A stretch of 64,000 nt of DNA from Anthoceros angustus (GCA_010909165.1 MU008193.1:124001-188000), one strand, 5' to 3'; counted from the stretch's first letter, positions 11,501 to 24,301 are shown. Notes: a model not told the origin generated them from the sequence alone. Numbers and translations are program-made.

Positions 11501-14403
11501 GCAACCGGGCATTCGGGAACCAAGGGAGGGCTCATGGATGAACCTGACCAGCCCTGAGGAGGCATGCCCAGAGTCGAGGGTCCTGACTTTGTCCGGACTC
11601 GAGGAAAAGGCCGGATCCCGAGGTCCGCCTCAAGGAAGTCCGACTTAGGGATCCAGACTCAGTGACGAGTCCGGCCCCGAGGTCCGACCCTGTGGAAGGG
11701 TTGGGTCCAAGACCGACCAGAGGCCGGCCCCGAGGACCTGACTCAAAGAAGGCCTGTGAGACCGGACTCAGAGGGAAGACTGACCTAGAGGTCCGGACCC
11801 GGAGGAGGAAGGGTCCCGAGGTCCAAACTCGGGAGTGGGGAGAGAGCCACCACCACCAACCCCAGATCCAACCCTTGAGGGCCCATGCAGGGCCCGCCAG
11901 AGAGAAGAGGGAGGACGAGGAAGACTTGGTGATCGCGCCACGGTGGCGCCCCTGCACCCTGAAGAGGAAGGGTCCCGCGATCATCCGATTGCGCGCCGCA
12001 CAGTGGCTCGGCTTTGGGCCGTGCCAAGAAGGAATGAGGGCTATCCCACCCCACCACCGACGGCGATAGGCGGAATAGGCAGGTAGTAGGCGGCCGAAAT
12101 GCCCCTAATAGAGGTGTAATAAAGGCGCCGACCTTCGCGAGTATAAGAGGGCTAAGGCCCAATAAATCATCTTCTTGGTGTTGATGCTGCTCTGCGCACC
12201 TTTGTGTCTTCTGCTAACGTGAGTCCCGAGTCACCGAAAGGTACCACCCGGGAGATTGACTGTGGTCCCGTGACGACCTAACGTGTTGTGGTGCAGGAAG
12301 GGTGATCGGTGACTGCTCGCCCGAGCCGCGCCCAAAGACCGAACGGACCGAACGCGGTGAGCCGGAGGAACTCCGGAGGCGGCAGAGCCCGGACGAGAGC
12401 CCGCAACGACGGAGGAGGTCGGGGCTGTAACCAGCGTCTTTCTAAGGCGAGGGGTGTGGCGTGAGGGGAGAGAGAAGAGGGATGTGTGAGGCGGATGTGA
12501 GCGATCTGAGAGCGACAGGTCCCGAGGTCCAAACTCGGGAGTGGGGAGAGAGCCACCATCACCAACCCCAAGATCCAACCCTTGAGGGCCCATCGCAGGG
12601 CCAGAGAGAAGAGGGAGGACGAGGAAGACTTGGTGATCGTGCCGCCACCGGGCGCAATGCACCCTGAAGAGGAAGGGTCCGCCTCGCGGATCATCCGATT
12701 GGTGCACTGATGGGCTTGGCCGCCGTGCCAAGAAGGAATGAGGGGGCTATCCCACCACCGACGGCGATAGTGAATAGGCAGGGTAGTAGGCGGTTAGGTA
12801 CACCGAAATGGCCCTCATAATAGAGGTGTAATAAAGGCGCCGACCTTCGCGTAGTATAAGAGGGCTAAGGCCTCAATAAATCATCTTTCTTGGTGTTGAT
12901 GCTGCTCTGCGCACCTTTGTGTGTCTTCTGCTAACGTGAGTCCCGAGTCACCGAAAGGTGCACGGCTACCGGGAGATTGACTGTGGTCCCGTGACGGACC
13001 TAACGGTTGTGGTGTGCAGGAAGGGTGATCGTGACCCGTGCTCGCCCGAGCCGCGCCCAAAGACCGAACGGACTGAACGCGAGCCGGAGGAACTCCGGAG
13101 GGCGGCAGAGCCCGGACGAGAGGCCCGAACGACGAGGAGGTCCGGACTGTAACCGCGGCTTTTTTCTAAGACCGAGGAGTGTAGCGTGAGGGGAGAGAGG
13201 AAAGGATCGATGTGTGAGTGATGTGAACGATACGGACGCGAACGGGTCTCAAACGCTTGGCCATACCAGACGGTGAACGTTGTGAGTAGTTAGGAGTATG
13301 TGTGTTGAGGCGAGCAGTCTAAGGCGGTAGGAATCACTGAAGCAACAGTAATATCATTCCCTTGGGAGCGGACTTCTTCCTACAACGACACGGATTGTGC
13401 GCGCTACCGGCCATCACATCAAGTCGCGCCACATATACGGAGTAATTTATTTATATATAAGGTTAGTACGGACCTATAGTTTACTTTACTACATAAATTA
13501 ACCCCAATTTTTACTACGGGTGTAAAACATATAAACCTAGATCACCGGTTAATAAACCAAGGTTTGTTAACTAGTGTTAATTAACCATGATTTATTAACT
13601 GGTATTATTTAACCTATGGTTTGTTAATTGGGGTCTCTTTTAAAACGTCCGTAGTAAAATACCATGTAGTAAAACATCCATAGTAAAATGCCATGTAGTA
13701 AAACGTCCGTAGTAAAATGACATGTAGTAAACCGACTGTAATAAACACCTATAGTAAAACTTTGTAGTAAAAGCTTTGCAGGAAACCACTTGTAGTGCAT
13801 ACTACAAGGGTTTCCAGTTGCTTTAAACTAGAAAAAGGCGTAGTATAAGAGGGCTAAGGCCCGAATAAATCATCTTTCTTGGTGTTGATGCCGGCGCACC
13901 TTTGTGTGTCTTCTGCTAACGTGAGTCCCGAGTCAGCAGGCGTACCCGGGAGATTGATCGGTCCCGTGACGGACCTAACGTGTGGTGTGTGCGGGGAAGG
14001 GTGATCTCGGCTCGTCCGAGCCGCGCCCAAAGACCGAACGGACGAACGCGGTGAGCCGGAGGAACTCCGGAGGGCGGCAGAGCCCGGACGGAGAGGCCCG
14101 AACGACGAGGAGGTCCTGACTGTAACCCGCAAGGCTTTTCTAAGACCGAGGAGTGTAGCGTGAGGGGAGAGGAAGGATGTGTGAGTGACGGATGTGAACG
14201 ATACGGACGCGAACGGGTCTCAAACGCTTGGCCATACCGGCCAGACGGTGAACGCTAGAGTAGTTAGGAGTATGTGTTGAGACCGAACGAGGCCATAGGA
14301 ATCACCAAACTAAACGGAGCCTATCATTCCCTTTGGGAACGGACTTCTTCCTACAACGACACGGATTGTGCGCGCTACCGGCCATCACGAAAGTCGCGCC
14401 ACA
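2511..14403 (+). mobile_element. GC-rich nested insert, probably LTR-retrotransposon-derived, built from shuffled partial copies of one coding unit and one terminal unit
   Basis: Starts TGTC and ends ACA, with TATAA next to both ends (one base off on the left). Repeated modules: CCAAGGTGGATCACCTTGGTGATAATCT (~3623, 4369, 5521); GAGCAAGCACGGCCGAGCCGTGAGGAGGCG (~6881, 7343, 8820, 10589); GTATAAGA(A)GGGCTAAGGCC (~10343, 12141, 12854, 13842). Frameshifted coiled-coil-like frames are present; no RT or integrase motif was seen. Confidence 0.6.
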
Positions 14404-14790
14404 TATAATGGAGTAATTTATTTATATATAAGGTTACGGACCTATAGTTTACTTTACTACATAAATTAACCCCATTTTTACTACGGGTGTAAAACGTATA
14501 AACCTAGATCACGGTTAATAAACCAAGGTTTGTTAACTAGTGTTAATTAACCATGATTTATTAACTGGTATTATTTAACCTATGGTTTGTTAATTGGGGT
14601 CTCTTTTAAAACGTCTGTAAAATACCATGTAAAACATCCATAGTAAAATGCCATGTAGTAAAACGTCCGTAGTAAAATGCCATGTAGTAAAATATCGTAA
14701 TAAACACCTATAGTAAAACTTTGTAGTAAAAGCTAGAAACCACTTGTAGTGCATACTACAAGGGTTTCGCTGTTTTAAACTAGAAAAAGG
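12830..14790 (+). repeat. ~1-kb tandem duplication spanning the end of the nested insert and the CACTA subterminal region
   Basis: 12850-13835 is near-identical to 13840-14790, including GTCGCGCCACATATA...GGAGTAATTTATTTATATATAAGG at ~13425 and ~14393. Confidence 0.85.
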
Positions 14791-14810
14791 CGAGTAAAAC
14801 ATCCGTAGTA
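13640..14810 (+). repeat. CACTA subterminal-type short repeats (GTAGTAAAA core, ~17-bp spacing), two blocks
   Basis: Repeated CATGTAGTAAAA/CCGTAGTAAAA at 13650-13780 and 14610-14735. The same core recurs at ~2443 and 18960-19270, near both element ends. Confidence 0.75.
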
Positions 14811-15389
14811 TAAGTAGCTTAGAGTTTAGGGTGTTTGGGAGTATGTTGACAAAAATGGCACGAATCTACTATCCGGACGGATCACGCAACTATTCTACAC
14901 TCTAGTCTTTAGCTCATCCCTACATTCCACTAGGTGCAATTCTCATCTCCACCATGCGCAACTCTAATGCATGGCCCCAAGAATAATCCAACTTCCAAAA
15001 AGGATGCCATTAGCAAATTCGAACAAGCATAGACAAAGAGGTTGTCTCGCAACACGAACCAAGACTCTCACCTAAAGTGTGCTTATGCATCCTCGCTCTC
15101 GGCATCCTTCGCCAATTTGCGGGAAGATAATCCTCACCATCCACCCATCATCGCAACATTTAGCTTCATGATGGCTTCCATGATCTTCCGTCGCATTCAT
15201 CGATTAGGTATCCCGCCTCCTTCAACATGTCCCACACCACAATAGCCTTCTCCTTCTCCCCATTTGCCCCAACTGCGGACCCAACTCTGGTTCCGGTTTT
15301 GGACTCCTCAAAAACACTCTCGACAGACAAGACCCATGATTGCTACCTCGGCCTTTATCTCATCCAGCTTGGTTCCCTCATGCTTTGCT

Positions 15390-15803
15390 CTAAACCTCTG
15401 CGAAACCCCTTGACCACCATATCCAAAGCAAGAATATGTATTGCTTCCTACCTCCTTCATCCCGCTCATGGCGCGCTTTCTTGACTAGGGCCACAACTCC
15501 GCTTATCTTGTCTTGCTCCTCCTTCAAAAACACATCCCAATACTCTTGCTTCACACCTTCGGGACATCTTGGGGTTAGACTTCTTCCCCAAAAATAACGG
15601 GCCTCCTTTCTAACATTGTTCCTCCAATACTTCAAATTAGTGCTCAAAAACTGCAAGACAATAGGCTGAAACTCCCATGGCCCAGTCATAGTTTGCCTGA
15701 TACACGTCTCAACATGAAGCTGGGTGGCGTCTGTTTGTTTCCAAAAGGGATATATGAGTGGATTGCATATGTACCGGACCGCAAAATGGACTCTATCCTT
15801 CAT
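15390..15803 (-). pseudogene. Degenerate transposon-internal ORF, possibly En/Spm (Ptta/TnpA-like)
   Basis: 137-aa frame (...KYWRNNVRKEARYFW...CPEGVKQEYWDVFLKEEQ) inside the CACTA boundaries. The family resemblance is weak and from memory only. Confidence 0.35.
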
Positions 15804-18800
15804 GGGTATGAATGAGGGACTCTCTTGGTATATAAACCCTGAAAAACACGAGGAGTTGCAGCAAGATTAGTACTATGACACCAGTAAAGTTAGAGTTTAA
15901 TCTAGCCTAATTCGGTCTTCAAAACAGCTTAGCACAATGACAACGTTAAGTTTGATGGTCGTGAACGTGGTCATTATCATGGTATTTCAAAACACAGCTT
16001 GAGCAACAAGGCTTGAAAGCGACAAGGCGTGAAACGGGATGAAATTTAATTCCCGCACACACGGCCACCATTACGATCTTACAATAAAAACCATAACAAG
16101 AGCTACAAACTAGCGTGCTTACCAAAGTGCGAGATGTGAAGGAAGCACGCCGTGACATATCGTGAACCCTCTTCCGCTTTGGGCCTCTCTTTCCCTTCAC
16201 CTCCACATCGCGGCATTGGTGGAATGGTATGCATCGTCTTCTACATCACGACATTCGGTTGGAAGGGTGTCCACATTTTCCTCCACATTGCGGCATTCCC
16301 CAATGAAGCCACACATCCGGATATTCAGCATTCAACTGTTAGAATTGGCGTGCAGATGCATCTTGACGAGGTTCTCGTGGTTGTGACCTTCACATGGCGA
16401 ACGAAATTCGCCCACGTTGGTTTTTAGGATGCGGTACACGGCATTCGCGCCATGTGCTTCGTTCTCAAAGTTCGGTGGAGCATCAGTCTCCAGCCCCCCA
16501 TCATTCTCAATCAAGGCATCGTGGTTGCCGACGAGGGTAACCTCTATTGTCGCATCCTGCGAAACCAGTTGTGTTGCTTGTGATTCCGACGCGCCGAACC
16601 CATCTGCACGTGAAATCAGACATCGTCCGTAACGCCCCGGGGCATAGATCCGGCTTGTTTGCTTCACTTTGCGGCGCCCTTCTTCGTCGATGTCTGAATC
16701 GGACTCGGCGTCTTCCCCCTCGAAACGCGGACGCTCCTCGTCCACGGCATCCTCATCAGAAACCTTGTCCGCATACCATGCCTCCTGCCCCACATCATCA
16801 TTCAAGCTCGAGCACTCGGCGGCCTTTGCCTTAGCGGTGGCGGCCACGGGTTTTGGGCCGCGACTGGAACATGTGAGAACCCACGGCCACGCTTGCTCGC
16901 GCCATCTTGGCTACTCCACGCTCTTCCATGGCCATCGCAACCTAAACCTCGCCATCAAGGACACCCTGGGATGCATCCCTTTTTCCCATTGCCCGTTCGC
17001 GCCGCGAGCGAGCCTCCTTGAAGCCCGTTTCTTTGTGAGCTCTACATCCTCGCTCCCTCAGACATAGACATCTTCCGTGATTCTTTAACCTTCCGCCAGT
17101 GCCCTTTAATCTCTCGGGGTTGGTCGAGTAAATTGGCAGCCACATCCGAGTTCTTGTCAAGCGCAACCAACTTTGGGTCCGGACCGGTCATCCCTCCACA
17201 GCTTGCCTCCACGGCATCTCGGCAACCATTGCCACCGTCGCCGGTCGAGTGTCCTTGTTCGCCTCTGCGCGCCTTTCGATCTTCTGCGATTTTGGCATCC
17301 GGACCCATGGTTGGTTGTGATTAACAAGAGCAATGGAAAGAACGGCATGCCCATACTTGAAGCTTGAAATGGAAGAACGCGCATCGCTATAAAACTTGCA
17401 TCCTTACCCTAAGTCCTAAAGTCTCCAAAAGAGGGTGATGTGGCTTCAATCCCTAAATCTGCGTTTACGCCAAGTGCCCTCGCTGTAACCCGCAATTGTA
17501 GCTGGCCTGTTATCTCTACCAACGTGGTACTGACATCAACTGAGTAGACCCCGCCCCGACGCGGTTCGCTGCCGTTTAGGGTTTTTGGGGTTTTTGGCGG
17601 GAACGTGGTCGCAACAGGTGAGTTCGCCAGATACCATCCCTACATCCACCGCTTTCTTGCCGTTTGAATTCCGTTTGCTTGTATTTATACTGTATGTAGT
17701 TTTATATTGTCCTTGAGCCATGGGAAAAGGGCATGATCCTCGTTCCTCGCATTCTCAGCAGGCCGAACACAGTAAAATGGGATATTCCATGGTAAAAATG
17801 GGATATTCCATGGAAACCCCGAGACCCAAGGAAAGGAAATCCACTTATAAGGCCTTTGAAGGAAACTCTTTTAATGGAGCCATTGTATGTGTATGCGTGA
17901 GCTTTGACCACGATCGGTGTATTTGACCACTCGAGTTCTCTAAGAAGCACGCTACTGCATAGACCACGTGTCGGCATGCCGTTCAATGTAGCATTGAAAC
18001 GCCTGCCTAATCAAGACACGTGGCGATGAGCCATTGGCGGTCCAAGCCATAAGAAGGGCCACCGCCTCCCTTCGCATCGTTGGGTGTAAGTTAACCTGCG
18101 GCGATTGATTGGCGTCTGCGAACTCAAGTTTGGAGCGAATTACGGTGAGCATGTCCCAATTTCCCTTCACATGGCGACAATTTTGTTGATTCCGGTTGGC
18201 ATGGATGCACCCTCTTGCGTATCTACATGTGTACGGGGTTGTTTTGAGGCGCTGAAGGCGACCATATGCGAGGGCGAGGACTTGCATGCCATGGCCATGA
18301 GTCGAGGATATGCTTGTGCCTCGGCCATGAGCCGCGGCACATCCGATGCCTCGCCATGTCTTTAACCATGGCCGCCTTGGTGTCGCATGTCTCGCAACCC
18401 GATCGCGACTCCCCAAAACCTAATCGCCATTAGTCCTGATATATGTGAATGCTTTTCCAGGGTTTTCCAGGTTTTGTGGTTGTGATTAATAAGAATCGAT
18501 GGCCGCAGCGCCTGAAGCAGGATCTCCCGGAGATGGATGGCCGGAATACACTGCTCAGTGCGAGGCCACCATCCGCGCCACCTTTGATCACGCATGGGCG
18601 GTTCGAGGTCAACTACCCCCACGCGACACCATCGTGAGCGCAGATGACGCCCATAGAATTGTTCAGGCTGTCCCCAAAGAGTTTCGAGTTCGCATGTGGT
18701 TCATGGTAGTGGGCGTTGCCTTTCGGAGATAGATTCAATGCCGGAATTGATGCATCGTGGGCGGGATACTCACATGGGTGGATGACGGCCATGCGCCTTC

Positions 18801-19331
18801 TATGGGATGCCATAAAGGCGCGTTTTGGCCCAAACCTCCATTAGTGTGAGCATATATAGGGTGTGCAAATTAGGGTTTGTGGCAACCCCTAAAAATTCGC
18901 AAAAAAAGCCATGCTGTAATGCTTTTGATAACTTAGTAAAAGACAGCCCGTTGTAAATCCACGCATGTAGTAAAAAAATATAGCTGGATAGTAAATAAGA
19001 GTCTTAGGAAAAGGTAAACTTTTTTGAAACACTTCTAAACTGAAAAACTAACCCACCAAGAAACTCTAGGTAGTAAATTCCATACTTGCGTAGTAAAGTT
19101 TTCTATCTTGTTGTGATCCAAAATTGCCTTCAGATAAGAGACTTTCGCCCTGCTGCGTAATCGTATTGAGTCGCGAAACCCAACCGTAGTAAAACACCGC
19201 AACCCATGTTGTAAAGTCTAGTTGTATACTTGAGAATAATTCGGCAAAAATCGTAGTAAACGAACAGGTGCTCCGCTCTCTCATCTCTCTAAAAAACAGA
19301 CGTTTGTAAAGGGCATGGTTTCCTAGTAGTG

Positions 19332-20400
19332 TAGTGGCTGCACAGAGCATATGACTCCTAGAAGAGATTGGTTTCTCACGTATGATCCTTTATAGGAGAA
19401 GAAACCAGTTCATATTGGTGACAACTTCACCATTCTGGGTGTTGCTACAGACATTGTACAAATCCATATACAAATCCAGATACAAGACGTTATTGCCATG
19501 TAAAAGATGTATTACATGTCCCTGGCCTTTCTCAAAATTTGCTATTTGCACATCAGGCCACGTTGAAGGTTGGCAACTCCATTACCTTTTCTAGTCAAGG
19601 TTGTAAAGTAAAGTTGCAAGAATCTTATGGCCAAAGCTTGCAATTTGTATGTCGTCCTGTTGGATGCCTTTATTCTATAGCTCGCAGTCTAGCTCCTTAG
19701 ACTGTTGGTCAATCGGATACTGTAACTTTGCCTTCAGGTCCTCCTTCATTCAACCTAGTCACAGATAACAAGCTAAGTCAACATACCACATTGGGGCATT
19801 TGAGGTTAACTTATCCCCACGTTTAGGGCTTACATAAAATGCAGAAGCACCAGATGGTTATAGCTTTATAACCTCCGCTGTCTAACTTGTCTTTCTGCAC
19901 TGGTTGCCTTGTTGGCAAACAACACAAGCAACCCTATCCAAGGTTAGCTTCTACTACATCTCACCCACTTGAGGTTGTTCATGCTGACTTATGTGGCCAC
20001 ATGCAAACACCTTCCCTTGCTGGCATATTGTATATGTTTGTTATTCTAGATGACTCTAGCCACTTTACTACCCTCTACTTTCTCACTCATAAGTCAGAGG
20101 CCTTTCCTAGTTTTAAAACATTTCAGGCCTTCGCTGAAAATCAAACTGGCCAGAAAATTAATTTTTTTCGGTCAGACAATTTAAAGGAACTAACTTCTCA
20201 AGGTTTTGAAGCCCATTCGATCAAATGTGGCATTCAACATCAGAAGATTGTGCGTTATCCACATCAACAATTGGGCAAGGCGGAGCACCGCTGTACGCAG
20301 CTCTTTGGTTACAGCTCATCTTCCACATTCCTTATGCGCTGATGCTGTAGCCACAGTTTGTTATGTGCAAGTACCTTTTGCTCGGTTATGTTCTTTGAAT
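19332..20400 (+). mobile_element. Ty1/Copia pol remnant: C-terminal protease, GAG-pre-integrase and integrase core
   Basis: SGCTEHMTPRRDWF...HIGDN follows the TSD. ORF 19887..20342 gives CTGCLVGKQHK...LEVVHADLCG...ILDDSSHFT...FRSDN. It contains stops and is truncated. Confidence 0.92.
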
Positions 20401-20559
20401 TAGTCTCTTTGATCACGATGATGATGATTTCAGAGAGAGTCTCGCGCGATGACCACACACGAGGGAGGTCGGCGCGCTCAGGTAGATTGGGACGACTTTT
20501 ACTACATTAGGACTACTTTTTACCAGAATAAATTCACCACAATCATGAAGGTTTACTTC

Positions 20560-21000
20560 AGTCAGCACGGATGAAACAACGGCACATTGGCCAGAAGCCC
20601 GTCCTCTCTATAGTATGATGGAAGAAGAGGGCATTGCTGTTCCCAATGCTGTGACATGTACCATTGTTTGCCTCCTGCAAGCATGTGCAATTGTGGGCTA
20701 GCCCAGAGCTTTGGGGAAGGAAAGGAGCTTCATGCGCAAATTGTGGATCTGAACGAGGACAAATATCAACCTAGCTGATGAATTTCACTCAGAGACTGTT
20801 TGACGGACTTGTCCAAAACGATGCACCCAGAAGGACACTGGCTTGAAGGTGAAGTGTTCATAGCCCACGGTTTGATAAACATGTACTTCAAGTGTGGGGG
20901 CATATATGAATGAAGCACAGCAGGTTTTTGAGGCCTTGCCCGATCGAGAGGAACGTGTTTTCCTGGAATGTCCTGATTGCAGGATACAGCAGCCTAGGTA
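20560..21000 (+). pseudogene. Degraded PLS-class PPR fragment
   Basis: Broken PPR-like codons (LLQACA, EGEVFIAHGLINMYFKCG, AQQVFEAL, NVFSWNVLIAGY). Paralogous blocks lie at 22400-22830 and 25950-26230. Confidence 0.7.
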
Positions 21001-21349
21001 TCTGATCGTGTGTCGGATATCTCATGTAATGCTTTTTTGTAGTGACTGGGTTTTATTCTAGGAAGATCAAAACGTGATTACGTACATGGTAAACGAAAGC
21101 CACACAAAACGTTCATCAAGTCAGTCTTGGTGCCAATCATGGGGAACCTTGGACAGCAGCTTGCACATAGAAGTGTCCAATTGGACATGTATGATACTGA
21201 TCTGATAATTCTGACCTCCGCTGCTGATATCCTTATAATTATTATCTGATAATTAGGGACACACCTACACCCAGTACCCTTCACGTGCCTGTCGTGTGTT
21301 TTGCCGATAAGATTCGGTTAGGGGACAAGGCAGTCCGCAGTCCGAGAGT

Positions 21350-21430
21350 ATGTGGGCTCCATGCTCTACTGCGTTGGCGGGGGAGAGCAGGGGAGTCTGC
21401 TGGCCTACGACCTGGAGCAGGGCAGCTGAT
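21350..21430 (+). pseudogene. Fragment of an F-box paralog
   Basis: Translates VGSMLYCVGGGEQGSLLAYDLEQGS, versus VGSVLYCVAGSGNLLAYDLERGS in the F-box gene at 23111-24301. Confidence 0.7.
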
Positions 21431-21499
21431 TTGCTGATATCAAGTTCACAGAGTTCACCGGGGCAACCAAGATTGCGTGTCCCACAGGACGAGACGGGT

Positions 21500-21960
21500 C
21501 CCAGCAGGCACCCGCTTACGTACTGATGGCCAATGTCTCCGCAGATGCAGGTGGGTGGACGGATGTAGATAGGATTGAAACAAAGAGAATGGTCGCAGGA
21601 GCTAATAAGAATTAAACCTGCAGTGGCGACCATTAGGTGAATAAGGAAGTACATCATCTGTTTCTGGTGGGCGAAAGGAGAGAGGACATTGCGCCAAAGC
21701 TAGAGAGCACGACCACACTTCTGAAGCAGGAAGGAGGCCACTTACCTCACACAAAGATGGTGCAGAAGCCAGTGTCCGAAAAGGAAAAGAAAGATGTGCG
21801 TTGTGGGCATGCTGAGAAACTAGCTCTGGCGTTTGGTCTGTTGAACAGTCCGAATGGGCACCTCTGGTGGTAATGAACAATCTATACGCATGTGCAGTGT
21901 GACTGCCACAGTTCCGTGTGCATAGATTCGCAGCTGGTTGTTGTACTCGTGAGGGTCGAC
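21500..21960 (+). pseudogene. Relic E2-DYW:KP segment
   Basis: QAPAYVLMANVSADAGGWTDVDRIETKRMVAGANK...LKQEGGHLPHTK...CGHAEKLALAFGLLNSP, with frameshifts; homologous to the C-termini of the PPR array. Confidence 0.9.
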
Positions 21961-22269
21961 TATAAGAATAATGGAGGACTAGCCCCTGCTCAACTGTGTA
22001 CGCCAGAGAATGGGTATTGCTTTCGGTGAATGTGCTTGCTTAACTCCAGCGCTGTCCAAAAGGAAGCATGAACATAGATGGCTAACACTGCTCCACATCG
22101 GATCATAACATAGATGATCAAAATCGAATAAACTTTTCTGTGTCTGAAGGAATTTTTGGGATTCGATTTGTGGATCCAACAACACTTGCTACAGCATGTG
22201 GGCCGCAGACCATGGCCCATGCGCATGAGCTACAGCATGTGGGCCCCAGATAATGGCCCATAGTTCATG

Positions 22270-22830
22270 ATACATGTATGTTCATGCTCCCGTTCGTAAT
22301 TGCAGTTTTCCTACGCCGTCCTAGTTCTCGCTCATAGGCTGAAGCCGATGCGTCGGCGAGGACTATAGTGGAGATTCAAATTGGTGTGTGTACAGGGATC
22401 GTACGAGGAGGGCATTGCTGTTCTCAAAGCTTTGACAAGTGTTTTCCTCCTGCAAGCATGTCCAAGTGTAGGCTAGCCCAGCTTTGGATCCGGAGAAGGA
22501 AAGGAGGTTCATGCACTAATTAGAGAATAAGGACATGAAGCTGATGTATTCATGCAAACACTTTGATAAACATATATGTATGTGAAGATTTTGCAGCTCG
22601 GAGGCTGCTTGGCGACTGTTTGACAGACTGGACCAAACAGATGCACAGACTGTGCAAAGGACAGTGGCTTGAAGGTGATGTGTTCATAGCCCGCAGTTGG
22701 ATAAACATGTACTCCTTCATGAAGTGTGGGAGCAAGGATGAAGCACAGCAGGTTTTAGAGGCCTTGCCGGAGAGAAACGTGTTTTCCTGGAATTAATGCA
22801 TGCCGAATACAGCAGCCTAGACATCGGATC
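22270..22830 (+). pseudogene. PPR relic: array-type 5' leader joined to a degraded PLS fragment
   Basis: CCTACGCCGTCC...GATGCGTCGGCGAGGACT...CAAATTGGTGTGTGTACAGGGAT is the array leader, followed by a block paralogous to 20630-21000. Confidence 0.75.
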
Positions 22831-23110
22831 GTGTATTGTGGCCGCCCGCTTTTCCAGCCAGGAGCCCTAGAGGACGTAAGTCATACATAGTATTTACTCC
22901 AAAGCCACCTGAAATCGTATTAGCGTGGACAGCAGCTTGGACACTAAGACACTGATCTGATAATTGGTGTGGCTGTGGATACTGACGTATGCTGCTCAAA
23001 TCCCTAGGGACATGGCTGGCCTACACTGCGCAGTACCCTTCATCTGCCTGTCGTCTCTTTTACTCAGCAGACAAGATCGGGTAACACTGCTTCTAGCTGC
23101 CGACTTTATT

Positions 23111-24301
23111 CTAGTACTCCAGCCAAGGATCCAGGCGGTAAATGCTCTTGCTCTTAAACTGCGTGTAGGGACAGGGGGGAAGCCACCTCCAAACCGGAGG
23201 CTTCCGTCGCAAATCGACAGCCACGAGCCTCTCCAGTTTTTCGTGCATGATGTATACTTCCGAATCTTGGCCGACCATGACCTTGATGCGCGAGGCAGCG
23301 TCGAACAGGAATTGGTTCTCCCCCAAGCATAATCCCCTGAAGTTAGCGACATACATGGTAGAGGGCATGGCGTCCACCTCAGTCCACATCATGCGCGCGA
23401 AATCCAGCTCCCAGATCTGCACACTGGAACCGCTAATACCTCTTCTCTTCGTTTCCGTATCTCTGGCCCGCGCATTGGAACACAGCGCCACGCACAGCAG
23501 CCGCTCCTGCACGTTGATGACGTTGCAGTACAAGATCGTGAAGAAGTCAGGCTTGGCCACTTCCAACGAGCTCCAGCTACCCCGCTCCAGGTCGTAGGCC
23601 AGCAGATTGCCACTTCCGGCAACGCAGTAGAGCACGGAGCCCACAAACGCGCCCTCATCCGCCTGGTAGCTCACGAAATCGTTTCCGGGCAAGACCGACA
23701 TCGTCTCGCTCCAGCTTCTCAGGGCGGAATCGAAGACGTAGGTCTGGACTGGATTATTAAAGTCGTCATACCTCGGCGTATCGTCCATCGCCACCACCTT
23801 GAAGCAGCCCGCCTGGGCGTCCTGGAACACGCCCAACACATCTTGGATCAGCAGGCCCCCCGGGAGTTTGGGCAGGCGGGTCCAAGAACCCGCCACCGGG
23901 TTGCCCAAAGTGACAATAGTCGGGGTCATCAGCCATGGCGCCGGGTCGTTGGCAGACACCAGCACGCCGCCGCCCGCCGACACCGCGGGGAGCGGGCCCT
24001 TCCCCATCTCTAGCAGCCATGGCGGGAGGTCGAGCTGGTACCAGCGGTCCAAGGCGCGGTCGTAGGCGCAGCAGGCCATGTCCTAGTCGCAAAACCCTAG
24101 GATGCACACCATCCAATCCCGCTCTGCACCTCGGGCTTCCAGCCGCTGCTGGAACAACCACGGCGATGCCACGGCCGCATCCCACCTTTTGCACACCGCG
24201 CGCGACCGCACTAGGGTAGGCAGGGGCAGCCGAGCCTGGATGTTGGCAACCACGTCTTCAGGCAGCTGGCTCCACAGATCGTTCTCCGCAATGGCATCCA
24301 T
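23111..24301 (-). CDS. Intronless F-box protein (F-box + kelch/FBA-like C-terminus), one in-frame TAG at 24083-24085
   Basis: The N-terminus LWSQLPEDVVANIQARLPLPTLVRSRAVCKRW is an F-box motif. ORFs 24083..24301 and 23111..24079 share a frame (…TGC GAC TAG GAC ATG…), giving 396 codons. Confidence 0.85.

Larger units (their letters stand above)
2368..19331. mobile_element. CACTA (En/Spm) DNA transposon, ~17 kb, with nested insertion
   Basis: The right end reads (rc) CACTACTAGGAAACCATGCCCTTTA and the left end CACAGGTAGGAAACCATGCCCTTTA (22/25 identical). The 3-bp TSD TAG lies at 2365-2367 and 19332-19334. Excision restores the Copia protease WLLDSGCTEHMT. Subterminal GTAGTAAA repeats are present. 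Confidence 0.88.

Noticed and set aside
2504-13189. Dozens of overlapping 60-450 aa ORFs on both strands
   Set aside because: These are a by-product of very high GC and repeated, frameshifted modules. They are treated as one mobile insert, not as genes.
13640-14810. Regularly spaced GTAGTAAAA repeats as a CRISPR-like array
   Set aside because: The context is eukaryotic, the units are too short, there are no unique spacers or cas genes, and they fit CACTA subterminal repeats.
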